From a bacterium (GTDB taxonomy: Bacteria; UBA8248): a stretch of 23,861 nucleotides of DNA. The notes beneath the pieces were generated by a model that was not told the origin of the DNA, did not search any database, and saw nothing but the letters and a program-made list of their open reading frames with translations. The stretch's first letter is position 1. Every line of letters begins with the position of its first letter. A program made the position numbers and the translations under genes. Where the stretch lies: assembly GCA_965200245.1 (NCBI GenBank), contig CBDATS010000011.1, positions 1 to 23,861 of the forward strand. Direction: 5' to 3'. Positions 9,779 through 19,881 of the stretch are shown here, piece by piece.

Positions 9779-9788
9779 ATACCGGTAT
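9779..9788. promoter_or_regulatory. Palindrome ATACCGGTAT, candidate operator for the divergent GntR regulator
   Basis: Perfect 10-bp palindrome in AT-rich DNA about 100 bp upstream of the binding-protein start. Short GT/AC-centred palindromes are typical GntR/FadR operators. Function is inferred. Confidence 0.5.
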
Positions 9789-10184
9789 ACGGATAAATTT
9801 TTTTGAATCTGTCACATCAATTTGAGCGTTTTCCGGCACAGTGTCGGAATGTCACGGGTATCCGACTTCCCACCGATTGGGCATTCGCAGAACGACGCAT
9901 AAGGTCATCGGAAACGTAAACTGACCGCCTGTTAAGGGGAACATCGGCATGACTGCCGACTTAAGGTCATTAAATCTCAGCTTTTTTCCGCTGTGGAAGG
10001 TTCGCCGAACATCTGCGGCGTGATTGTGAATCGGCTGCGGGCATGCGACGAATCAGAGTAACGAAAACGGTCGGTCGGTCAAATCAACTTGCGTTAAATT
10101 CAGGTCTGGATACAAAAGACGTGCCCCCAGATCTAATGCAGCGGTCGGATGCCTCTCGCAAAGTTGGAGTTCTAGGAGATTTGA

Positions 10185-10910
10185 ATGCCAAGACACCCCG
10201 CTGATCATGTGCCAACGGAGTTTGGCTCGTTTGCAATAAACCCGGGACAGCCGATCGTCCCGCAGCTCTATGCGGCGCTGCGCGGGAAGATTTTAACACT
10301 GAAGCTCAAGCCGGGTGACGCAATTAGCGAGTCCGAACTTGCCTTGGCCTGCGGTGTCAGCCGCACGCCTGCTCGTCAAGTTATCAAACAGCTCGTGGAC
10401 GAGAATTTGCTTGTGGTTTTCGCGAGCCGGGGCACCTACGTTTCAAAAATAGACTCGGCACGGCTTAAAGATGCACTATTGATCCGCAGACGCCTGGAGC
10501 CAGTGCTGGCGCGTGAATGTGCGCTAGTCTCCGAACGAGCTAGCCTTGTGAAAAACTTGAAGGTCTTGCTTCAGCAACAGGATGACGCCCTGGCAGAAGG
10601 GACTGTGGATCGGGCTTACAAGATTGATGCCGCCTTTCACGAAGCGATCGCAGCAAGGGTCAGCGAGGGTCTGATTTGGCAAACCATCCGGCAAGCGAGA
10701 ACCGAGGCGGACAGGCTTCATGCATTGAGTCGAAACCGCGCGGACTCGCTGCAAAATGCACTTCAAGAACACCATAATGTCGTTGCCTGCATTGAGGCTG
10801 GCTACGCGTCGGAGAGCTTTATATCTATGGAGCGTCACATGGCGACGAACGAGGAGGCGTTTGAAAATATCCTGCGCGAGCATCCGGATCTATTTTTGAA
10901 ACAAGATTAA
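10185..10910 (+). CDS. GntR-family transcriptional regulator with FCD domain (RspR/YdfH-like)
   Basis: wHTH LKPGDAISESELALACGVSRTP...RGTYV; FCD motifs DAAFHEAI and EHHNVVACI; N-terminal INPGQPIVPQLY resembles E. coli YdfH/RspR as I recall it; AGGAG RBS. Confidence 0.92.
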   Translation: MPRHPADHVPTEFGSFAINPGQPIVPQLYAALRGKILTLKLKPGDAISESELALACGVSRTPARQVIKQLVDENLLVVFASRGTYVSKIDSARLKDALLIRRRLEPVLARECALVSERASLVKNLKVLLQQQDDALAEGTVDRAYKIDAAFHEAIAARVSEGLIWQTIRQARTEADRLHALSRNRADSLQNALQEHHNVVACIEAGYASESFISMERHMATNEEAFENILREHPDLFLKQD

Positions 10911-11119
10911 TAAACAGAACCTGAAGAAGCACGGACTAAACTGAAAAACCATCACAGGAAGCCGCCTGTCACTTTTCTTATTCGAAACGATTTATCCGGT
11001 TTTTCAGAGGACGTTTTGACATCTGATCTGATCACGCAATGTCGTTTCTGCTTGCAAGCAATTCGGCGACCACCAGACAATCCGCATCACATATTGGGAC
11101 AATTTTTCCGCACCTGCAC

Positions 11120-14100
11120 TGGTTCATCCCCGCGTGTGTGGGGAACGCCTCCACTTCCAATTCGGCTTGCCGCCGTTGCTCGGTTCATCCCCGCGTGTGT
11201 GGGGAACGCAACTTCTAGGAAGAAAGCTGACGATCAGCGGCCGGTTCATCCCCGCGTGTGTGGGGAACGCTCGTTAGGCGTGTATTCGTCATTAATGCGT
11301 TCAGGTTCATCCCCGCGTGTGTGGGGAACGCGGGCATCGTCCATCGTCCGGCAGCGGGTCCAGGGCTTCATCCCCGCGTGTGTGGGGAACGCATACTGCA
11401 TCAGATGGACATACGGCGGGACAACGGTTCATCCCCGCGTGTGTGGGGAACGCCGTCCGGACGGTAGTTCCATCGGCCTCGCGGACGGTTCATCCCCGCG
11501 TGTGTGGGGAACGCAGCTCCAGAGCAAATGACCTCGCCACACCATACGGTTCATCCCCGCGTGTGTGGGGAACGCCGTCCGGACGGTAGTTCCATCGGCC
11601 TCGACGGTTCATCCCCGCGTGTGTGGGGAACGCGCTCCAGAGCAAATGACCTCGCCACACCATACGGTTCATCCCCGCGTGTGTGGGGAACGCGGCGCGG
11701 TCGAATACCGTGCGGTCATGGCGGTTCATCCCCGCGTGTGTGGGGAACGCTTCAAACGCCAGTTTTTCAAACTGCTCAAACGCGGTTCATCCCCGCGTGT
11801 GTGGGGAACGCCGCTTCCCGCGTGAAATATATTCGATAAGCGTCGGTTCATCCCCGCGTGTGTGGGGAACGCGCTCGGGAATTGGTCATTCCTCTAATGC
11901 GGGAAGGTTCATCCCCGCGTGTGTGGGGAACGCTCCGCACTTCCACATTCGGCCTGCCGTTGCTGCGGTTCATCCCCGCGTGTGTGGGGAACGCCTACCG
12001 CTACAAATATTAATTTATCCGATGGGCGGTTCATCCCCGCGTGTGTGGGGAACGCATAATCAAAAAGTTCGGCTTCGATAATCAAATCGGTTCATCCCCG
12101 CGTGTGTGGGGAACGCTCTTGGAAACTGCCCGGCCATGACGCTGCGGACGGTTCATCCCCGCGTGTGTGGGGAACGCCGGGATTAAGCGATGCCCAGTGT
12201 TTCAAGGCTCGGTTCATCCCCGCGTGTGTGGGGAACGCCTGGTATGAGACGAAAAGGCTGGGCAGACCGGCGGTTCATCCCCGCGTGTGTGGGGAACGCG
12301 CTATAGCAAGAAAACAATGAATCGTAGGCAGCGGTTCATCCCCGCGTGTGTGGGGAACGCTGGCTACCGACGGCAGACGGATTTACGCGCTGCGGTTCAT
12401 CCCCGCGTGTGTGGGGAACGCTCAAGTCGCTCGTTAATCGCATCCATAGCGGCCGGTTCATCCCCGCGTGTGTGGGGAACGCACGGCAATAGCTATCAAT
12501 GACATCAAAGATATCGGTTCATCCCCGCGTGTGTGGGGAACGCCGTTAACCGTTTTTTTGCCCTTAGCGGAATCGCGGTTCATCCCCGCGTGTGTGGGGA
12601 ACGCGGTTACCTCGAATGAGTGCGTTGATGTGGTCTCGGTTCATCCCCGCGTGTGTGGGGAACGCTGGCAGGCTTGGAATGGCGTGTGGTGGAAAGGCGG
12701 TTCATCCCCGCGTGTGTGGGGAACGCTCACTAGGATTGCAGCCATTCGGTGATAGTTGCGGTTCATCCCCGCGTGTGTGGGGAACGCAGCGATGTCCGTC
12801 GGCCAGTCGGTCGGGATGCCGGTTCATCCCCGCGTGTGTGGGGAACGCATGCCGGCTTTGGCCGCGTTCCGCATTTTGTGCGGTTCATCCCCGCGTGTGT
12901 GGGGAACGCCTGCAAACTATGTTGTATTGATTGCGGATAACCGGTTCATCCCCGCGTGTGTGGGGAACGCTGCAAACGTGGGTAGCAGACACAGAAAGGA
13001 CGCGGTTCATCCCCGCGTGTGTGGGGAACGCTAGGCATTCGACTTTATTAATTCGTCAGGCCGCGGTTCATCCCCGCGTGTGTGGGGAACGCCGGCCAGT
13101 GCGCATCGTCCGTTGGGTCAAAGGCGGTTCATCCCCGCGTGTGTGGGGAACGCTCCAGCCGGCCGGCACAAAATCATCCATCGCTCGGTTCATCCCCGCG
13201 TGTGTGGGGAACGCTCGGTCCGGCCCTCGTAATCTCGCCCAGCTCGCGGTTCATCCCCGCGTGTGTGGGGAACGCCCGGCGATCTCGCCGAAAGAGCAGC
13301 TGTCGCACGGTTCATCCCCGCGTGTGTGGGGAACGCCGATCAAAACCATGGTCATGATGTCCGAGGACCGGTTCATCCCCGCGTGTGTGGGGAACGCTCC
13401 AGTTCGATTTTTTTTGCATCGGGCATTCCGGTTCATCCCCGCGTGTGTGGGGAACGCTGCCGATACCGATAAGCTGATTTCGGTCCGAAAAGACCGCCAG
13501 CCGGTTCATCCCCGCGTGTGTGGGGAACGCTGCCGATACCGATAAGCTGATTTCGGTTTCGCCGGTTCATCCCCGCGTGTGTGGGGAACGCCCCGCTGCC
13601 ACCCCGGAGGCGCGATGTTGAGGCGGTTCATCCCCGCGTGTGTGGGGAACGCGCGGACGCTCGATGCTCCGGACGTGATGGAGGCGGTTCATCCCCGCGT
13701 GTGTGGGGAACGCGGATCAGCATTGGTGCCGCAATGCGCGCACGGCGGTTCATCCCCGCGTGTGTGGGGAACGCCCGCAATCTGCATTTAAACCAGCGTG
13801 TTGAAACGGTTCATCCCCGCGTGTGTGGGGAACGCTTGTTTTGCCGCTTTATGGATGATCGCTTTGTCGGTTCATCCCCGCGTGTGTGGGGAACGCCCAA
13901 GTTCCAGAAGCGAATGTTATTAAAGCCGCGGTTCATCCCCGCGTGTGTGGGGAACGCGCGCTGCATAAGGAAATAAATAAAATGACGCCAGGTTCATCCC
14001 CGCGTGTGTGGGGAACGCAGTTTGGCCTCTGTAAAAGCGTTTTTTACATGCGGTTCATCCCCGCGTGTGTGGGGAACGCGGTATTCGGATTAACGCAAAC

Positions 14101-17100
14101 CCACGCGTTTCCGGTTCATCCCCGCGTGTGTGGGGAACGCATTTCCCATAGCCACAGTCCATGAATTATGAACGGTTCATCCCCGCGTGTGTGGGGAACG
14201 CGCGAACATGCGTTTGATCCTGCCGCTGTTCCTCGGTTCATCCCCGCGTGTGTGGGGAACGCCCGAATGCGGCCAGTTTATTCAATTCGGATTTCGGTTC
14301 ATCCCCGCGTGTGTGGGGAACGCCTTCATTAGTGGGGTCGAATAATGCCGAGTAACGGTTCATCCCCGCGTGTGTGGGGAACGCCCTGCCGGTGTCGGGG
14401 TCGATGATGATGACAACGGTTCATCCCCGCGTGTGTGGGGAACGCTGGTCTATGAAGTATTGTTGAATTTCAACCAGCGGTTCATCCCCGCGTGTGTGGG
14501 GAACGCATTCAAGGCGCCGTTGATTATTGCCGATTGCGCGGTTCATCCCCGCGTGTGTGGGGAACGCTTCGGATTCAGTCAACTCCCGATAATAGCCATC
14601 GGTTCATCCCCGCGTGTGTGGGGAACGCTGCCGCCGGGCGTCGCGTTGTTGGCTGCGTTTCGGTTCATCCCCGCGTGTGTGGGGAACGCTGAATGTGGCC
14701 ATTAGATCAATCCCCGTCCGACGGTTCATCCCCGCGTGTGTGGGGAACGCCTATATTGGCAAAAGTTCCATTTGCGTTCGCCCGGTTCATCCCCGCGTGT
14801 GTGGGGAACGCGCGGCCAAGCAGCTCGGGTTGAAATTCGACCGCGGTTCATCCCCGCGTGTGTGGGGAACGCTCTGGTCGACAAGGTCAGAAAGGATCGC
14901 CAGCCGGTTCATCCCCGCGTGTGTGGGGAACGCCAACCGAAGCCGAATGGACCGCCGCTACTCAGCGGTTCATCCCCGCGTGTGTGGGGAACGCTTTGCC
15001 GGCATCAACCGCAAAACGATCTAATTCGGTTCATCCCCGCGTGTGTGGGGAACGCAGCAGAGGAAACCACAATGCCTGATAGTATCACGGTTCATCCCCG
15101 CGTGTGTGGGGAACGCCGTTATGGCGGCGTATGAATAGCGTAGCATACCGGTTCATCCCCGCGTGTGTGGGGAACGCTCGGAACGAAGCGTTCTCGGCTA
15201 CCCCCAGCCCGGTTCATCCCCGCGTGTGTGGGGAACGCAGCGACCATGGCCGACCGGGAATCCATCATAACGGTTCATCCCCGCGTGTGTGGGGAACGCG
15301 AAAGCGTTGCCGAACTCCTGCTGCCGGTTGACGGTTCATCCCCGCGTGTGTGGGGAACGCGAAAGCGTTGCCGAACTCCTGCTGCCGGTTGACGGTTCAT
15401 CCCCGCGTGTGTGGGGAACGCTTATGAATTTACCGAATTGGCAGACGCGGAGTCGGTTCATCCCCGCGTGTGTGGGGAACGCATACGCTTGCCACGGGTA
15501 TTTGTCGCTATTGGCGGTTCATCCCCGCGTGTGTGGGGAACGCTCTTAGGGCAATTCAAAACGGAGAGGTATAAACGGTTCATCCCCGCGTGTGTGGGGA
15601 ACGCATCCGCGGCCCTATCAAAATTGTTCTCTATTTCGGTTCATCCCCGCGTGTGTGGGGAACGCTCGATGCGACAATCAGGAATGTGGCTGACCTGCGG
15701 TTCATCCCCGCGTGTGTGGGGAACGCGATCCTGCAGCTGATCGGCCGCCCAGTCGTAGCGGTTCATCCCCGCGTGTGTGGGGAACGCTAGGCAAAGCCGT
15801 GTTTCCAGCAGCCCGAAGACGGTTCATCCCCGCGTGTGTGGGGAACGCGATAACTCCCGATATGCAAGCATAACAAGTTTCGGTTCATCCCCGCGTGTGT
15901 GGGGAACGCGATTCGGTATTCATAGCGGGCGTTAAAAACGGCGGTTCATCCCCGCGTGTGTGGGGAACGCAATACTCCGTTTCTACGACGACAACGACAA
16001 CGCGGTTCATCCCCGCGTGTGTGGGGAACGCTCTCTCTTCCGGAGTCAGGCTCGCCCAGTGGGCGGTTCATCCCCGCGTGTGTGGGGAACGCAAAAATCA
16101 GATTGCGGCATAAGCGGATGTTTTCGGTTCATCCCCGCGTGGTGTGGGGAACGCGTTGTCAACTGTAAATTGACGGCCTGGCCAAACGGTTCATCCCCGC
16201 GTGTGTGGGGAACGCGCAGTCGCCTTGAATGACGTTTTGGCAGTCGCCGGTTCATCCCCGCGTGTGTGGGGAACGCGGTTGAATGTTCCGCCGCTGTAAA
16301 TCCGCATGCGGTTCATCCCCGCGTGTGTGGGGAACGCGTTTTTTTGATCAGGCATAAGTCAGCGATGCTCGGTTCATCCCCGCGTGTGTGGGGAACGCAT
16401 CCCTATATCGTCAGCCAATTCGGCGAGGATCGGTTCATCCCCGCGTGTGTGGGGAACGCGATCTCCGTGCCCACCGAGCGCGTCTCTTCTTCGGTTCATC
16501 CCCGCGTGTGTGGGGAACGCGGATCGTTGCCGTTGAAGGTTGGCAGGTTCAGCGGTTCATCCCCGCGTGTGTGGGGAACGCAGTAAAGGAAGCATACGCA
16601 ATCAATTAAAAAACGGTTCATCCCCGCGTGTGTGGGGAACGCTCCGGGATTGGCTTTGCGCCATTGCTTTTCGTCGGTTCATCCCCGCGTGTGTGGGGAA
16701 CGCGGCGCTCCGGTCCGGCTGTCAGGAACATCCTGCGGTTCATCCCCGCGTGTGTGGGGAACGCAGACATTTCCGGGAGTTCACCGGACTCCAAAGCGGT
16801 TCATCCCCGCGTGTGTGGGGAACGCCTGAATGATTCGGGACGGCATGTGAACGGCTCCGGTTCATCCCCGCGTGTGTGGGGAACGCGACGAGGGCACGTC
16901 CCTCTCCCAGCTCTCCTGCGGTTCATCCCCGCGTGTGTGGGGAACGCTGTCCATAAGCGCAAGAGCTTCGTCGCCCTGTCGGTTCATCCCCGCGTGTGTG
17001 GGGAACGCCCGGATTCAGAATGCGGAAGAAAGTCTCATCGCGGTTCATCCCCGCGTGTGTGGGGAACGCGAATCAGCCCGAATCCGGTTACCACTGGCTA

Positions 17101-18289
17101 GCGGTTCATCCCCGCGTGTGTGGGGAACGCCTGGCCCAGCGGCGCAGCTGATTCTGCCGCTGCGGTTCATCCCCGCGTGTGTGGGGAACGCTGCTCGTAT
17201 TATCGGAAGGCGAATGCGAAAGCCGGTTCATCCCCGCGTGTGTGGGGAACGCGATCAGTTCCGAGCAACACGGTTCCGCTTTCGCGGTTCATCCCCGCGT
17301 GTGTGGGGAACGCATCCTTACATCATTACCGATTTCAACACCGACCGGTTCATCCCCGCGTGTGTGGGGAACGCGCATTTTTTTGAGCCAGCTGATGAAT
17401 TGATTTCGGTTCATCCCCGCGTGTGTGGGGAACGCGGCGCATTGCTCCAATACTCGTTAACATGCGCCGGTTCATCCCCGCGTGTGTGGGGAACGCCCCG
17501 CGTGCACCGGCCATGCCGTCCACGCCGCCGGTTCATCCCCGCGTGTGTGGGGAACGCAATCATCAAATAAGCCTTGCGGAATCCCGGGGCGGTTCATCCC
17601 CGCGTGTGTGGGGAACGCGCGCCGGTTACTGGATTCCCGTAGACTGCGTCCGGTTCATCCCCGCGTGTGTGGGGAACGCTGTCGCGGGGGTCTTGTTTCT
17701 TTTTGCCGGTGCGGTTCATCCCCGCGTGTGTGGGGAACGCTCCGCGTTGGCCGCAATCGAGTCCAATTTATCCGGTTCATCCCCGCGTGTGTGGGGAACG
17801 CTTCCGCTGCTCCACCTGCATCTGCATCTGCGCCGGTTCATCCCCGCGTGTGTGGGGAACGCAATGTCGGTTTCCATATGCACTATGTGCCGGACGGTTC
17901 ATCCCCGCGTGTGTGGGGAACGCATTCACCCGGACCGGAAAGCTGAACGACGCCACGGTTCATCCCCGCGTGTGTGGGGAACGCTCCCGCTCATGCCAAT
18001 CGGCGTTGACGTTGACTGGTTCATCCCCGCGTGTGTGGGGAACGCACTATCGGCAAATCAACCCGAGTCCCGGCGACCGGTTCATCCCCGCGTGTGTGGG
18101 GAACGCTGCCGGTTTATTTTTCTCCAGCCATCGCGCGACGGTTCATCCCCGCGTGTGTGGGGAACGCTCGAATCAGTTTTAAAACCATTTTGTTTATTCC
18201 GGTTCATCCCCGCGTGTGTGGGGAACGCCCCGACCAATACGGCCACGTCGATTTTTCTGACGGTTCATCCCCGCGTGTGTGGGGAACGC
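11120..18289 (-). CRISPR. Type I-E CRISPR array, leader-distal segment (118 repeats)
   Basis: 29-bp repeat CGGTTCATCCCCGCGTGTGTGGGGAACGC with a 61-bp period and mostly 32-bp spacers. Its reverse complement GCGTTCCCCACACACGCGGGGATGAACCG has the I-E layout with an ATGAACCG handle. Variant repeats cluster at the left (trailer) end. Confidence 0.97.
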
Positions 18290-18397
18290 CAACTAGTGTC
18301 TGCTGGAAAAGTCGATTCGACCGTTCTAAGCCTTACCGTGCATAGAATTTTCTGCTGTTTGTGGTTGCGAAGATTCAGAAGATATGGCATAAAAGTG

Positions 18398-18437
18398 GAA
18401 GATTCGCCCAGATATTGTGTCAAATAGGCGAATCTTC
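18398..18437. repeat. 11-bp perfect inverted repeat upstream of the transposase RBS
   Basis: GAAGATTCGCC (18398-18408) and GGCGAATCTTC (18427-18437). Confidence 0.7.
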
Positions 18438-18453
18438 AACAAAAGGTAATGCC

Positions 18454-19881
18454 ATGAGAACCACATTTGAGAAAAATCTTCAACTGTTTCATGTTCCGAT
18501 CGAGGAACTTCAGATCAACGAGCAGTCGCGGGACGACATTCCCCGTCTGCTGAGCGGCCTGAAGGCGCTTTACTGCGACGAGCAGTCCCGTCACGCGGTT
18601 TTGGCTCACATGGAGGCGAAGCATTCGGAACGGGCCAGCCTTGAGAACGGCCGTCCGGGCATGAGTTTCTGGCAGGTTCTTGTGCTTGGCATTTTGAAGC
18701 AGGGGCTCAACTGCGACTTCGACCGTCTTGAGGAGATGTGCAGGCATGCCGAAATCCGGATCATGCTGCAGTGTCCGGATTATCATGATCAGTTCAAGTC
18801 TCCCCGGATCGCGTACAATCTGACGGAGCTTCTCGACGAGGATACGCTTCGGTTCGTCAACAATAAAATCATGCAGCTCGGTCACAGGATCGTGAAGCAC
18901 CGCGGTCCGGTCGATGTGAAGGCGGATTCGTTTGTTGTGGAGACCGACGTCGAACATCCGGTCGACCACCGTCTGCTTTCCGAAGCGGTGGGCTGCGCGG
19001 TGCGCGAGACCGGCAGGCTGTGCGCCCGCAGGAACATCAAAGGCTGGCGGCAGCACAAGCATCTGAAGGCCAAGCTCGGGAACCGCTCCAGCCGGCTGGC
19101 GCGGCGGCTCCGCCGGACAAGCGTTGACAGCTCCGCGCAGGTCCGGGACCTGCTGGAGCAGTCCGCTTCGCTGATCAAGAGGGTGAGGGAGACTCTTCTT
19201 GATCTGCCGGAACCGGTTTTGGCCGCCGAGCGGCCGGCTGTCGGGGCGATCTGGAGATACTGCGCTATGGCGGCTAAGCTTTCGGGCCATGTCCGCACCC
19301 GCCTGATCGACGGAGACATGGTTCCGCACGGGGATAAGATCTTCTCGGTGCACGAGCCGCACACGAGGTGGATATCGAAGGGCAAGGCCGGTCGGCCGGT
19401 CGAACTCGGCGTGCCGGTCTCCATCGCGGTGGACCGGCTGGGCTACAAGCTGGACTGGGAGATCCAGTGGACCGGCGGCGACCGGGAAAGCATCATTCCT
19501 CTGGCCGAACGGATCCGCGCGCGGTTCGGGCGGATCGGCGTCTTCAGCCTGGACAAAGGGTATTGGTCGCCCGGCATCCTGGCGGCCCTTGGCGATATCG
19601 CCGAAATGCCGGTGATGAACAAAAAAGGCCGCCGCGGCAAAGCGGACCGGGAGCGGGAAGCCGCCCCCGGCTATGCCGAAGCGCGAAGGGCCCATTCCGC
19701 GGTCGAATCCGCGATCAACGAACTGGAGCATAAAGGCCTGGACCGGATCCTGTCCTACGGCGCGGACGGCTTCGCCCGCATGACCGGCCTTGCCGTCTGC
19801 GCCGCCAACATCCAGAAAATCGGAACCACGATCAACGCCTGGCGGTGCAAAGGCCGGGGCCCGCCGCCGCTTCCGGCCTGA
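18454..19881 (+). CDS. DDE transposase (475 aa), ISNCY/IS5-like
   Basis: SRDDIPRLL, GRPGMSFWQVLVLG, KIFSVHEPHTRWISKGKAG; candidate catalytic residues in ADSFVVETD, SLDKGYWS and HSAVESAINELE. ATG at 18454 follows AAAGGT; the ORF track starts at 18361. Confidence 0.92.
   Translation: MRTTFEKNLQLFHVPIEELQINEQSRDDIPRLLSGLKALYCDEQSRHAVLAHMEAKHSERASLENGRPGMSFWQVLVLGILKQGLNCDFDRLEEMCRHAEIRIMLQCPDYHDQFKSPRIAYNLTELLDEDTLRFVNNKIMQLGHRIVKHRGPVDVKADSFVVETDVEHPVDHRLLSEAVGCAVRETGRLCARRNIKGWRQHKHLKAKLGNRSSRLARRLRRTSVDSSAQVRDLLEQSASLIKRVRETLLDLPEPVLAAERPAVGAIWRYCAMAAKLSGHVRTRLIDGDMVPHGDKIFSVHEPHTRWISKGKAGRPVELGVPVSIAVDRLGYKLDWEIQWTGGDRESIIPLAERIRARFGRIGVFSLDKGYWSPGILAALGDIAEMPVMNKKGRRGKADREREAAPGYAEARRAHSAVESAINELEHKGLDRILSYGADGFARMTGLAVCAANIQKIGTTINAWRCKGRGPPPLPA

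Noticed and set aside
843-10883. Short alternative-frame ORFs overlapping the called genes
   Set aside because: They overlap well-supported CDSs and show no recognisable motifs.
10911-11119. Possible CRISPR leader/promoter (TTGACA at 11016)
   Set aside because: No properly spaced -10 element. Repeat polarity and the degenerate repeats indicate this is the trailer end.
16125-16154. Repeat with one extra G; also 31-nt spacers at 13398-13428 and 23400-23430
   Set aside because: Single-base indels, one in a spacer with a poly-T run; cannot be distinguished from sequencing error.
18436-19731. 431-aa minus-strand ORF inside the IS
   Set aside because: Mirror frame of a GC-rich transposase gene; no motifs and typical shadow-ORF composition.
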